From positions 64,001-128,000 of IMG/VR virus record IMGVR_UViG_3300031555_003626: a stretch of 64,000 nt of DNA; one strand, written 5' to 3'. Made by a program: the position numbers and the translations under genes. Positions 19,260 to 28,913 of the stretch are shown here, piece after piece. A model generated the notes under the pieces. It worked only from the letters and a program-made list of their open reading frames with translations, was not told where the DNA came from and ran no database searches. Numbering within the stretch: position 1 is the first letter of the stretch; every line of letters starts with the position of its first letter. Origin of the DNA: a virus (Duplodnaviria > Caudoviricetes).

Positions 19260-19796
19260 ATGAACTTACTAAATGCCTTCGGGCTACTGAATATGATTAA
19301 TGAAGGCGGAGCAGACTATCAGAAAGAATATAAAGAATATGTTATTGCTCATAAAGAAAGAGTTTCTCAATTTTCTTCTTGGCTTAAGGAGAATTGCCCG
19401 GACCTTTTTGAGAATATAGATATTGATGTATTTGATGATCTCATAGCCGAGCATGATGAGTCTAAGTTCTCAGAAGAAGAGTTCGAGCCTTATGCTCAGA
19501 GATGGCACGGAGATAAGAAGAAGACTCCTGAGTACGAGAGGGCCTGGGAACATCACTGGCAGAACAATGAGCATCACCCTGAGTACTGGCTCGGAGAGGA
19601 TATGCCTTATGTCTATATTCTTGAGATGATTTGCGACTGGGGAAGTTTTTCTATAGCTTCCGGAGATATGAAAGAACTTTCTGAGTTTTATTATAATAAG
19701 GCTAAAGAAGACCCCGAGAAAAATCTTTCTGATGCTACCCAGGAAATAATAGAAGACCTGCTTGTGAAAATAAATTCAGCAGCTGGAATTGAATAA
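19260..19796 (+). CDS. HD-like metal-binding protein (DUF5662-like)
   Basis: HK..V, HDESKFS, AWEHH..NEHHPEYW, EMICDW. Confidence 0.65.
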   Translation: MNLLNAFGLLNMINEGGADYQKEYKEYVIAHKERVSQFSSWLKENCPDLFENIDIDVFDDLIAEHDESKFSEEEFEPYAQRWHGDKKKTPEYERAWEHHWQNNEHHPEYWLGEDMPYVYILEMICDWGSFSIASGDMKELSEFYYNKAKEDPEKNLSDATQEIIEDLLVKINSAAGIE

Positions 19797-19799
19797 TTT

Positions 19800-20559
19800 T
19801 TATTGACCTCTTATTTTATTATAAGGGGTCTAATTATTTTTATGAGCTCATATTTTTATTCAGGTCGCACGAAAGGTAGTTGGTCTATAAACTTTATAAG
19901 GCCGAGAGGGAAAACGCGACAGGAAGAGAATTTGGGCTTCTGGTGAATGTTTTAAAAATATTATACTGCTCTGGAATTGTTTACGAAATGTTTACAATTT
20001 CGTGTGGCGCGTTTTAAGGTACCTCTGGCACGTTTAAATGCCTTGGGTATATAAACAGTAGGGTACTAGTATACAACTGCAATACAAAGAGAATTTGGTA
20101 TGCTAGAATGCGTTCTGGCGGTTCTCCCGCCACCTGTAAAATTAAAAGTTTACGAAATGTTCACAATTTCATTAATTTATTAATTTATTAAATTAATAGC
20201 CCGCCCATATAAATAATATAAAATTTTCTAAAAATTTTTTTAATAATTTATTAAATTACTATAATATATACTGTATATTATAATAGATAGATCTTTTAAA
20301 TATTTTATTTTAACTGTAGTTATAGACTGAGGCCTTTAGGCCGAAGGCTATGCGGCTTGCCGCAATACTAAAAAAATTCTCAAAAACCAAAAATAAAAAT
20401 ATAGAATATATAGAAATATAAATATATCTATTATAGATCTATAATATAGCCCTGGAGTATTATTATATATAGGACTAGAGCGTGCGTGCGCATGGTGCGC
20501 GCGTGCAAATAATTTTTTAGAAATTTTCAAAAAATCAGATTTTTCAGTTAGGAGCATAC
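19800..20559. other. Long non-coding region; candidate replication origin or terminal region
   Basis: Direct repeat GTTTACGAAATGTTYACAATTTC (19979, 20148), very AT-rich tract at 20166-20320, alternating purine/pyrimidine tract at 20480-20506. Confidence 0.45.
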
Positions 20560-20868
20560 ATGAAGACAGTAATTAACCATAAATCAGCAATTATTAGATG
20601 CCCACATTGTGGAGCAGAATATCTTCCTGGGGAGATTTATATGCCTGGTTCTCTTATAGGCCAACCAGATGAAGTAGTAAAAGATTCTTTAGGTAAGATC
20701 ATCTATGAAGATTATTATACTGAAACTAGAGAGCCAGACATGACAGAAAGCTTTATTTGTGACTACTGTGATAAGCCCTTTGTTGTTGAAGCTACAGTTA
20801 CATATAAAACTAGAGAAGAAGCCCCTGAAAAGGATTTTTCTACCCAGTATGTCTCACTTTTAGATTAA
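20560..20868 (+). CDS. Small Zn-binding protein
   Basis: CPHC and CDYC; AGGAG RBS. Confidence 0.65.
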   Translation: MKTVINHKSAIIRCPHCGAEYLPGEIYMPGSLIGQPDEVVKDSLGKIIYEDYYTETREPDMTESFICDYCDKPFVVEATVTYKTREEAPEKDFSTQYVSLLD

Positions 20869-21069
20869 TTACACCTTTTTCTAGCTAAAATTCGAGCTAA
20901 TTTGCACCTTTTTGCGCTTTTTAGTCGAATTTTGGCTATTTCCTTACGCGCATGCGTATATGCGCGCGAGACTTCCGAAATTTCGATAATCTCAAAAATC
21001 TCGTTTCTGTAACTTTCGAGATTTCGGTAATCTCGTTTATTTCATTCCGTAACTTAGGAGATTTCATTA

Positions 21070-22797
21070 ATGATTAGAATCTTTGAGATCTCGCCGCCAA
21101 AGAAAATATCAGGTCTATCTTCCTTGATAGTTGACTTCAACTTTAATCAATACATAGTAGACTCTATTAAGACTATACCTACAGCACACTATCATAAGAA
21201 AGAGAAATGCTGGGAACTTCCGATTTGTTATCTCGGCCGATTATTAGATAGTCTTACTTTCTTGGACGAGATACAACTTAAATTATTAGATACGCCGAAA
21301 TCTGGCGAATTTCATTTTAACAAACATTTTAACCTGGAGCCACTTTCTGAAATTGAGAAAGTTTCGTTCAAGATGAAACCTTTCGAACATCAGCTCGAGG
21401 CTATTAACTTTGGGTTAGACAAAGAGAAGTGGCTTCTTCTGGACTCTATGGGTCTAGGAAAGACGAACTCTATTATCTGGCTCGCTGAGACTCTTAAGAG
21501 GAGAGGGATAATTGATCACTGTTTCATTATCTGCGGAGTCAACTCTCTGAAACAGAACTGGAAGAAAGAGATTCAGAAGTTCTCGACCGAGTCAGCTGTT
21601 GTCTTAGGAGAGTACATAACCCGAAACGGAACTACTCGTTACAGGTCTATGGACAAGAGAGCACAGCAGCTCAAGGATCCAATAGAGGAATTCTTTGTTA
21701 TCACCAACTTAGAAAGTCTCAGAGACGACCGGATCATCGAAGCCTTCAATAAGTCGGCTAACAAGTTCGGCATGATCGCTTTCGACGAAGCCCATAAGGC
21801 AGCGACTAAGACTTCTCAGCAGGGAACTAACCTGCTAAAGCTAGAAGCTCCCTTTAAGATTGCAGCAACCGGAACTTTGATTACTAATAATCCCCTCTCC
21901 GCATATGTCCCTCTCTCGTGGACTGGTAATGATGAGTCGACTCTCACGAACTACAAATCTCAGTACTGTAATTTCGGAGGTTTCAAAAATAACCAAGTTA
22001 TTGGCTTCAAGAATCTAGATGTCCTCCAGGAAGTTATTAAGTCGTGTTCACTTAGAAGAACTCTGGATCAAGTAAGATCTGACATGCCACCGAAGACAGT
22101 AACCCTGGAACTTCTAGAGCCGGAAGACGATCAGCGTAAGTTCTATGAAGCAATCAAAGAAGGAGTCAAGGAAGAAGCCGACAAGATTGAACTTAAGACC
22201 TCGAGCCTCCTTGCTCTTACTACTAGACTTAGACAAGCATCCGCATGTCCGAGTATCCTGACTACTCAACCCGTAAGTTCATGCAAAGTAGATCGCTGTC
22301 TAGAGCTGATCCAAGAACTTACTTCTCAAGGAGAGAAGGTTGTGGTACTCTCAGTGTTTAAAGAAACTCTAAATGAGCTCGCAGCGAAACTCGACGAATT
22401 TCGTTTTAGTATAAATACCGGTGATGTCCCAGATCCGGTAGTTGCTAGTAACGTAGCTAGATTCCAAGATGATCCTAATGAACAAGTATTCATTGGTACT
22501 TGGGGAAAGGTCGGAACCGGCTGGACTCTTAACTCTGCTTCCTACCTTATCTGTCTAGATACACCTTACACTGCTGCGATGTTCGACCAAGGAGTAGACC
22601 GCATATATCGTGTAAATAATACTCGTCCAGCTTTTATCACTGTTTTAATTTGTCGAGATACTATTGATGAAAGAGTGCAACAAATTATCGAGTCAAAGAA
22701 GGAACTTGGTAATTACCTGATAGATGGTATTGAGTCTAGCAATATAACAAATAATTTACTCGATGATGAGCTAAGAGCAATTATCAGAGATTTGTGA
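21070..22797 (+). CDS. SNF2-family helicase/ATPase
   Basis: PFEHQ, DSMGLGKT, FDEAH, ATGT..N, LRQ, GTGWTLN, QGVDRIYR. Confidence 0.9.
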   Translation: MIRIFEISPPKKISGLSSLIVDFNFNQYIVDSIKTIPTAHYHKKEKCWELPICYLGRLLDSLTFLDEIQLKLLDTPKSGEFHFNKHFNLEPLSEIEKVSFKMKPFEHQLEAINFGLDKEKWLLLDSMGLGKTNSIIWLAETLKRRGIIDHCFIICGVNSLKQNWKKEIQKFSTESAVVLGEYITRNGTTRYRSMDKRAQQLKDPIEEFFVITNLESLRDDRIIEAFNKSANKFGMIAFDEAHKAATKTSQQGTNLLKLEAPFKIAATGTLITNNPLSAYVPLSWTGNDESTLTNYKSQYCNFGGFKNNQVIGFKNLDVLQEVIKSCSLRRTLDQVRSDMPPKTVTLELLEPEDDQRKFYEAIKEGVKEEADKIELKTSSLLALTTRLRQASACPSILTTQPVSSCKVDRCLELIQELTSQGEKVVVLSVFKETLNELAAKLDEFRFSINTGDVPDPVVASNVARFQDDPNEQVFIGTWGKVGTGWTLNSASYLICLDTPYTAAMFDQGVDRIYRVNNTRPAFITVLICRDTIDERVQQIIESKKELGNYLIDGIESSNITNNLLDDELRAIIRDL

Positions 22798-22858
22798 TAG
22801 AATTTCGCGAGTAAAAAATAAGCTAAATTAAATGAAGTATTTTAAGGAGCTTATTTAA

Positions 22859-23779
22859 ATGCTAGATTTTACAAATACAGATTATATAATTTTTATTGAG
22901 TCTATAATTAACAATAGAGGACAGTGGTCGGATGGTCTATCTCATTGGGAAGGTCATCACATTATTCCTACTAGCTACGGAGGAGAGGGTCGTACTAAAG
23001 ATAGACACCCTAATATCATTAGACTAACTCCGGGTGAACACTTTAAGGCACATAAGCTATTAGCTTTAGACTTTCCAGAAATTCCAGCTTTCGCCCAAGC
23101 ATTTTATATAATGGCTAATACATTTAAAGTTAATAGTTCTTGGAGTAATAAAAGGTCTTTTGATATTTCAGAAGAAGACTTTGAACTTGCTCGAACTCTG
23201 TACTTAGAAGCCGTACGAAAAGACCCAGCTATATCGGGTAATGGCATTAGAGGACGTAAAGCTGTTTATAATGAAAAATTAAATATTAAAAAATATATCT
23301 TTCCTGAAGAGCTAGAGACATTTTTATTAGAAAATACTGACTGGCGTCTCGGTGGACCAAGGCACACAGAAGAAGAGCTAGCTAAGATGAGCTTGAAACT
23401 ATCAGGAACTAATAATCCTAGGTCAGGCTGTAAGTTTACTGACGAAATGAAAGAGAAAGCACATAATACTAGAAATGGTAAGAAGTGGTTTACTAATGGG
23501 CTCACTGATGTATATTGTCTACCAGAAGAAGCCCCTGAAGGTTATCGCTTAGGTGCTACTCATCAAAGTCGAGCCGGAGCAGCTAATCCAATGTACGGAA
23601 AGACCTCAGCCACAGGTAGAAAAGTTAAGTGCTTAAATACTGGAGAGATATTTGAGTCTAAGCGTAAGGCTAGTTTTGCATTACCTATAAGTATCCCAAT
23701 GATCGATAGGTCTATTATTAGTAAGGGTCCTGTAAAGAATAGGGCAGGTGATCTTTATCAGTTTGAATATGTTGACTGA
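22859..23779 (+). CDS. Free-standing HNH homing endonuclease with NUMOD-like repeats
   Basis: EGHHIIP..GG, LTPGEHFKAHKLL, NNPRSG/NPMYGK, KWFTNG, VKCLNTGEIFES. Confidence 0.85.
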   Translation: MLDFTNTDYIIFIESIINNRGQWSDGLSHWEGHHIIPTSYGGEGRTKDRHPNIIRLTPGEHFKAHKLLALDFPEIPAFAQAFYIMANTFKVNSSWSNKRSFDISEEDFELARTLYLEAVRKDPAISGNGIRGRKAVYNEKLNIKKYIFPEELETFLLENTDWRLGGPRHTEEELAKMSLKLSGTNNPRSGCKFTDEMKEKAHNTRNGKKWFTNGLTDVYCLPEEAPEGYRLGATHQSRAGAANPMYGKTSATGRKVKCLNTGEIFESKRKASFALPISIPMIDRSIISKGPVKNRAGDLYQFEYVD

Positions 23780-24206
23780 AGCTAACTCCGAGCAATCCTT
23801 CGAGATCTCTAAGGAAGCCAGGGAACTCGGGTTAGTAATAAGATACGATACTATAGAGTACAGAGGGGAAACTCTAAACTTCCTCTCTGATCCATCGGGT
23901 CATCAATGCTTTGCTCAGTGGAGAGGGAAGCTGGTAGACCTAGGGCTTAACAACATCTACTACAAAGAAGACATATGTAAGTTCGTGGATCGTGAACTCG
24001 ACCTGATTACTGACTTCTGTAATTGCCCGGATTTCGCCGGTGCGAAATTAGAGTATTTTCATAATGGAGATTTCCGGGATATCAGACTCTGCTACAAAGG
24101 TAGGATACTTAAAATCTTCTTAGTTGCCGGCGAAGTAAACGAGATTGCGCTAATTTCAGAATCGGAGAAGTTGTTAAGAAAGTCTGGGTTACTTGACGAA
24201 ATTTAA
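23769..24206 (+). CDS. Hypothetical protein
   Basis: Open ORF overlapping the HNH stop; start uncertain. Confidence 0.6.
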   Translation: MLTEANSEQSFEISKEARELGLVIRYDTIEYRGETLNFLSDPSGHQCFAQWRGKLVDLGLNNIYYKEDICKFVDRELDLITDFCNCPDFAGAKLEYFHNGDFRDIRLCYKGRILKIFLVAGEVNEIALISESEKLLRKSGLLDEI

Positions 24207-24255
24207 GTAATTTCAATTTGCTAAATTATGTGATTAATCTTTAAGGAGAATATAA

Positions 24256-25164
24256 ATGGTAACATATATTTATTTTGTAAAGTGCCCTAACTGTGAGGAT
24301 GAGCCCTTCGACTTCTTTGACGAAGCTAAGGCATTTGCTATGGGCTGCATGAACCAGAAGCCTGTTATTAATCAAATTGAGGTTAATAGAAATGATTTTG
24401 GCGAGTGTACTGACTCTTGTGATCTTGGAACAGTTTGGTCTTGGGAAGATGCTGTAGGTAAGGAAACTGAAGCAGAACCCGCAGTATCTGTTTTTAATAA
24501 AGGTGACTTTGGGAAGTATACAGATGATTCTGAGTTCGATGATGATGAATTCTACTTTAGTAACGGACTTGTAGAAGAAGTTGCACCTACGAGATTTTCA
24601 TTTAAGAATAAAGCAGATCAAGAAGAGTTCTTTAAGCTCTGCCGCGAAATTGGTATAATTACAGGTGCAGACCTTCGTAAGTTTATAGACGAGAACGATG
24701 CTGACGACTCTAACCTTCTTGATAAGCTCAGAGAATATAGAGCTGAACTTGGTGATGACTTTAAGATTGCTGAGTGCGCTAAAAAGCCGATTCCAGAAGG
24801 AATGACTATCGAGCAGCTAGTAGAAGAGATGGAAGAGAATGAGGATACAGTTGAGTGTACCTGGTGTAATGACCTTTTTGATAAGAGTGAGTGTCGTAAG
24901 GAAGTAGATCTCGGTTGGCTTTGTAGTAGATGTGAGATGGCTATAAAGTCTAGAGGTGAGACTCTTACTTTCAGAGAAGGAAATTATTGGGATTTCCTTG
25001 ATGAAGAAGTAGAAGAGGTTCATGATCTCGGTAATGAGTATGATGGTGGTTATCCTGCCGAAACTCCAGAAGTTTCAGATTCTCACCTAAAGTTCTGTCC
25101 CGAGTGTGGAAAAGAAACCTTTGATATTGAAACCGGAATTTGCATAGAATGCGGATTTAATTAA
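24256..25164 (+). CDS. Acidic modular Zn-ribbon protein
   Basis: Several CxxC pairs; GCTAAATTA upstream; AAGGAG RBS. Confidence 0.7.
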   Translation: MVTYIYFVKCPNCEDEPFDFFDEAKAFAMGCMNQKPVINQIEVNRNDFGECTDSCDLGTVWSWEDAVGKETEAEPAVSVFNKGDFGKYTDDSEFDDDEFYFSNGLVEEVAPTRFSFKNKADQEEFFKLCREIGIITGADLRKFIDENDADDSNLLDKLREYRAELGDDFKIAECAKKPIPEGMTIEQLVEEMEENEDTVECTWCNDLFDKSECRKEVDLGWLCSRCEMAIKSRGETLTFREGNYWDFLDEEVEEVHDLGNEYDGGYPAETPEVSDSHLKFCPECGKETFDIETGICIECGFN

Positions 25165-25251
25165 TTTTTATCGTATAATATAAAGTCGGATAGTTGAGAG
25201 GACTGCTGTCCGGCTTAATATAAAAAATAACAAAAAGGATTGGTATTTAAA

Positions 25252-25776
25252 ATGAAAAAGAACAACGTAACTATTGAAAAAAGTGGCGAGCAGACCTATT
25301 CTTACTACTCGAGAGTACTTCAGAAACCTTTTGATTCTATTGAAGAGCTCACTGCTGCCGAAGCCGAGTACTGTGAAGCACGAAAGGCTAAGGAAGATGC
25401 AGCTGCTCAGAAGAAAGCTGATGCTAAGAAAGTAGAAGATGCTTTTAAGTCACTCAATGCTGCACGTAAGGTTTATAAGGAAGATCTTACTCAGCTTACT
25501 AAGGAATATGCTGAAGCTCTTGAGAATCTTAAGAAAGCTTATGAGCTTGGCAAGAAAGACATTGCTAACAAGCTCGCTGATGCAGAGGCTGCTTTCGATG
25601 AAGCTCTCAAGGCTTTTCAGGCAAAGTATGAGAATTATCACATGACTCTTAGGGATGGCGACTTTGAGACTACTATCAGCAGCCAGGTAAACTCTAATGC
25701 TAAGGCCCAGCCTGCAGCAGATGTTTCTAAGCTTGCTGACAGCATCTTTAACGTGCTGTTTGGTTGGTATAATTAA
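25252..25776 (+). CDS. Coiled-coil hypothetical protein
   Basis: A/K/E-rich heptads; TATCGTATAAT promoter and leader hairpin. Confidence 0.7.
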   Translation: MKKNNVTIEKSGEQTYSYYSRVLQKPFDSIEELTAAEAEYCEARKAKEDAAAQKKADAKKVEDAFKSLNAARKVYKEDLTQLTKEYAEALENLKKAYELGKKDIANKLADAEAAFDEALKAFQAKYENYHMTLRDGDFETTISSQVNSNAKAQPAADVSKLADSIFNVLFGWYN

Positions 25777-25836
25777 TTTGCATAAAAATTATTGAGACAA
25801 TTTGAGAAATTTCAAATTATTTATCGTATAATATAA

Positions 25837-25912
25837 TATAAGAGAAAACTCTTATACAAGTTTCCTCCTTTGTTCGTTGCGCTGGATGTTTCCTCCCGTC
25901 CAGCGCTTTTAT
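25837..25912 (+). ncRNA. Candidate small RNA with two anti-Shine-Dalgarno motifs
   Basis: Promoter 25822-25832, 5' hairpin 25837-25856, GTTTCCTCC twice, terminator 25879-25910. Confidence 0.65.
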
Positions 25913-25939
25913 TTTAATTATTATAAGGAATAGCTAAAA

Positions 25940-26323
25940 ATGCAAGATAAAGAAGCACAAGAACTTTTATTAAAAATATTAGAGTATGCAGAAGAAGGGA
26001 AATTGATCCAATTTCAGTTAATCACTACCTGGCATGATTTTATAAGTTATTGGAAGGATTATAGATCCACTAAGTTAGTTATTAAGATGTTAACGAAAGC
26101 AGCAGCTAATCTTTTTAAAACTTACTGTAAAGAAGTGTCGACCGGGTCGACGGACTTTACTAAACTCCTTGCTTACTCCCAACTCCAAGATGTTATAGCT
26201 TTCTACGAGAGGGACTTGGATACTCTAAAGCGAATGTTAGATGAATACGATGAGTATCTTGGTCACGGACATTTTTGGTTTTCTTTTTTAGGAGGTACAC
26301 GAGATATATGGAACACCCACTAA
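25940..26323 (+). CDS. Hypothetical protein
   Basis: AAGGA RBS, 127 aa. Confidence 0.65.
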   Translation: MQDKEAQELLLKILEYAEEGKLIQFQLITTWHDFISYWKDYRSTKLVIKMLTKAAANLFKTYCKEVSTGSTDFTKLLAYSQLQDVIAFYERDLDTLKRMLDEYDEYLGHGHFWFSFLGGTRDIWNTH

Positions 26324-26532
26324 CCAGTTTATTTCATGCTTTGGCTGAATCTGATAATCCACCGATAATCGAACTGCTTGATATAAACAAAAAACCCGTT
26401 GGAGCCATTTATTTTAAGGATTTTAAATATAAAAACTTTATAGTGACAGAAACGAATAGTTCAGAAAAGTATTATTTGTATGCTGACGGCTTGGGAATTT
26501 ATTTTTCATATCATCAAAAAATACACGCTTAA
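26308..26532 (+). CDS. Hypothetical protein
   Basis: AGGAGGT RBS before ATG 26308. Confidence 0.55.
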   Translation: MEHPLTSLFHALAESDNPPIIELLDINKKPVGAIYFKDFKYKNFIVTETNSSEKYYLYADGLGIYFSYHQKIHA

Positions 26533-26546
26533 TATCGTATAATATA

Positions 26547-26624
26547 GTAGGGTGAGTGCGAGTAGATGATGTGTCATTGGCATCGGGGGCGATGAGGTAA
26601 AACTCGTCGTCCCACTCCTTTTAT
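26547..26624 (+). ncRNA. Candidate structured RNA or leader upstream of nrdD
   Basis: GC-rich island after TATCGTATAAT; nested stems; ends in a T-run. Confidence 0.5.
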
Positions 26625-26708
26625 AGGCAGAAATTAGCCTTAGAATCAGCTAAATTAATTACAGAGCAGAAGGCTCTTAGACATAAAAATTGAGGAAAGG
26701 TATTAGTT

Positions 26709-28913
26709 ATGCAAAGAGTTATTAAGCGTGATGGCAGAGAAGTTGAGTTCGATAAGATGAAGATTATCGAAGCAATTTCACATGCTAATCAGGAAGTCAT
26801 TAAATCAAAGCAGATCAGCAGAAGAAAGATTGATCAGCTTGCAGATATCGTAGAAGAGAAGTGTAGTGTATATAAGCGCGCAATAAAGGTCGAAGATATT
26901 AACGACCTAATTGAAGACGAACTTATCTTCCGAAATTATAACAATCTCGTTCGCGCATTTATTAAATACAGACATAATAAAGAGTTAGTAAGAAAATCTA
27001 ATACTACCGATGATTCGATTCTCAGCTTAATTAATCTTAGCAATGAGGAACTTAAGCAGGAGAATGCAAATAAGAATCCGGTAATTAACTCTACACAGAG
27101 AGACTACATGGCAGGAGAAGTATCTAAGGACCTTACACGCAGACTTCTTCTACCTAAAGATGTAGTGAAGGCACATGACGAAGGTACAATTCATTTCCAT
27201 GACATGGACTACTTCGCGCAGAGACTACATAACTGCGATCTAGTTGCCCTAGATGACATGCTTCAGAACGGTACTGTAATCAGCGGTACTCTTATTGAGA
27301 AGCCACATAGTTTTTCTACTGCGTGTAATGTAGCTACACAGATAGTTGCGCAGGTAAGTAGTAATCAGTATGGTGGTCAGTCAATCACCCTCTCCCACCT
27401 GGCACCTTTTGTAGACATTAGCCGTAAGAAGATCAGAGCTGAGGTTGAAGAAGAGCTTAAATCTTTGGATCAGTATAGCCGAACTCTGTTGGCAGCTGAC
27501 ATTACAGAAAAGCGAGTTCGCGCAGAAGTAAAGCGTGGAGTACAGACGATCCAGTATCAGGTCAATACCCTACTCACTACTAATGGCCAGGCACCTTTCA
27601 TTACCGTGTTTATGTACCTCAACGAAGTAGAAGACGAGCAGACTAAAAAAGACCTGGCGATGATCATCGAGGAAGTTCTTCTTCAGAGATATGAGGGAGT
27701 TAAGAATGAGAAAGGTGTTTGGATCACACCGGCTTTCCCGAAACTCATCTATGTTCTAGAAGAAGATAACATACGAGAGGGAACTGACTACTGGTATCTT
27801 ACGAAGCTTGCTGCTAAATGCTCAGCTAAGCGACTTGTTCCTGACTATATTAGTGAGAAGATCATGAAGGAACTTAAGGAAGGTTCCTGCTTCGCACCTA
27901 TGGGTTGTAGAAGCTGCCTGTCTCCTTGGTATGACGAGAATGGAAAAGCAAAGTATTGGGGTAGATTTAATAAGGGAGTAGTTACTGTTAACTTAGTAGA
28001 TGTAGCTTGCTCGGCAACCGGCGAAAACTATTCTAAAGACATGGATAGCTTCTGGAAGACATTTGATGAAGTACTTGAACTCTGTCATAAAGCCTTGCTT
28101 TGCCGCTATGAAAGACTCAAAGGTACTATCAGTGATGTTGCTCCAGTACTCTGGCAGCATGGTGCTATCGCTCGACTTAAGAAAGGTGAGACAATTGATA
28201 AGCTTCTTACTGGTGGATACTCTACTATCTCACTCGGATATGCCGGACTTTGGGAATGCGTTAAAGAACTGACCGGTAAGGACCTGCTTTCTGAGGAAGG
28301 TCAGGAACTCGGACTAGAGATCCTCAGACATATGAATGAGAAGTGTGATGAGTGGAATGAAGAACTTAATCTTGGATTCGGAATCTACGGTACCCCTCTC
28401 GAGAGTACTACTTATAAGTTCGCTAGATGCTTGCAGAAGCGCTGGGGCGAAATCCCCGGAGTTTCGGATCGCAACTATGTCACCAACAGTTATCATGTTC
28501 ATGTAGAAACTCCTATTGATCCGTTTAAGAAGCTTGAGGTAGAAGCTAAGTTCCAGAGACTTTCTAAAGGCGGTGCAATCAGCTACATCGAAAGTGCTAA
28601 TCTTGAGAATAATCTCGAAGCGGCTCTGACTATTATCCAGTATATCTACGATCATATCATGTACGCTGAGATTAATACTAAGTCAGATTACTGTCATGAG
28701 TGCGGCTGGGATCGAGAAATTCTTATCGAAGAAGATGAATCTGGTAAGCTTATCTGGAAGTGCCCTAACTGTGGAAATACAGATAGAGACCGTATGAATA
28801 TTGCGCGTAGAGTCTGTGGCTATATTTCTGCACAAAACTTTAATCAAGGAAGAACCGCAGAGATTAGAGACCGCTATGTTCACCTAGATTGTCATGAGTG
28901 TGGTTGCGAATGA
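26709..28913 (+). CDS. nrdD: Anaerobic (class III) ribonucleoside-triphosphate reductase
   Basis: ATP cone VIKRDG, IHFHDMD, QYGGQS, PMGCRS, YVTNSYH, CxxC pairs, glycyl-radical motif RRVCGY. Confidence 0.97.
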   Translation: MQRVIKRDGREVEFDKMKIIEAISHANQEVIKSKQISRRKIDQLADIVEEKCSVYKRAIKVEDINDLIEDELIFRNYNNLVRAFIKYRHNKELVRKSNTTDDSILSLINLSNEELKQENANKNPVINSTQRDYMAGEVSKDLTRRLLLPKDVVKAHDEGTIHFHDMDYFAQRLHNCDLVALDDMLQNGTVISGTLIEKPHSFSTACNVATQIVAQVSSNQYGGQSITLSHLAPFVDISRKKIRAEVEEELKSLDQYSRTLLAADITEKRVRAEVKRGVQTIQYQVNTLLTTNGQAPFITVFMYLNEVEDEQTKKDLAMIIEEVLLQRYEGVKNEKGVWITPAFPKLIYVLEEDNIREGTDYWYLTKLAAKCSAKRLVPDYISEKIMKELKEGSCFAPMGCRSCLSPWYDENGKAKYWGRFNKGVVTVNLVDVACSATGENYSKDMDSFWKTFDEVLELCHKALLCRYERLKGTISDVAPVLWQHGAIARLKKGETIDKLLTGGYSTISLGYAGLWECVKELTGKDLLSEEGQELGLEILRHMNEKCDEWNEELNLGFGIYGTPLESTTYKFARCLQKRWGEIPGVSDRNYVTNSYHVHVETPIDPFKKLEVEAKFQRLSKGGAISYIESANLENNLEAALTIIQYIYDHIMYAEINTKSDYCHECGWDREILIEEDESGKLIWKCPNCGNTDRDRMNIARRVCGYISAQNFNQGRTAEIRDRYVHLDCHECGCE

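Noticed and set aside
26585-26615. Hammerhead ribozyme (GATGAG...CTCG)
   Set aside because: Lacks the CUGANGA and GAAA core; the segment pairs as a simple hairpin
26709-28913. Intron or intein in nrdD
   Set aside because: The ORF is continuous, of normal length, with motifs in order
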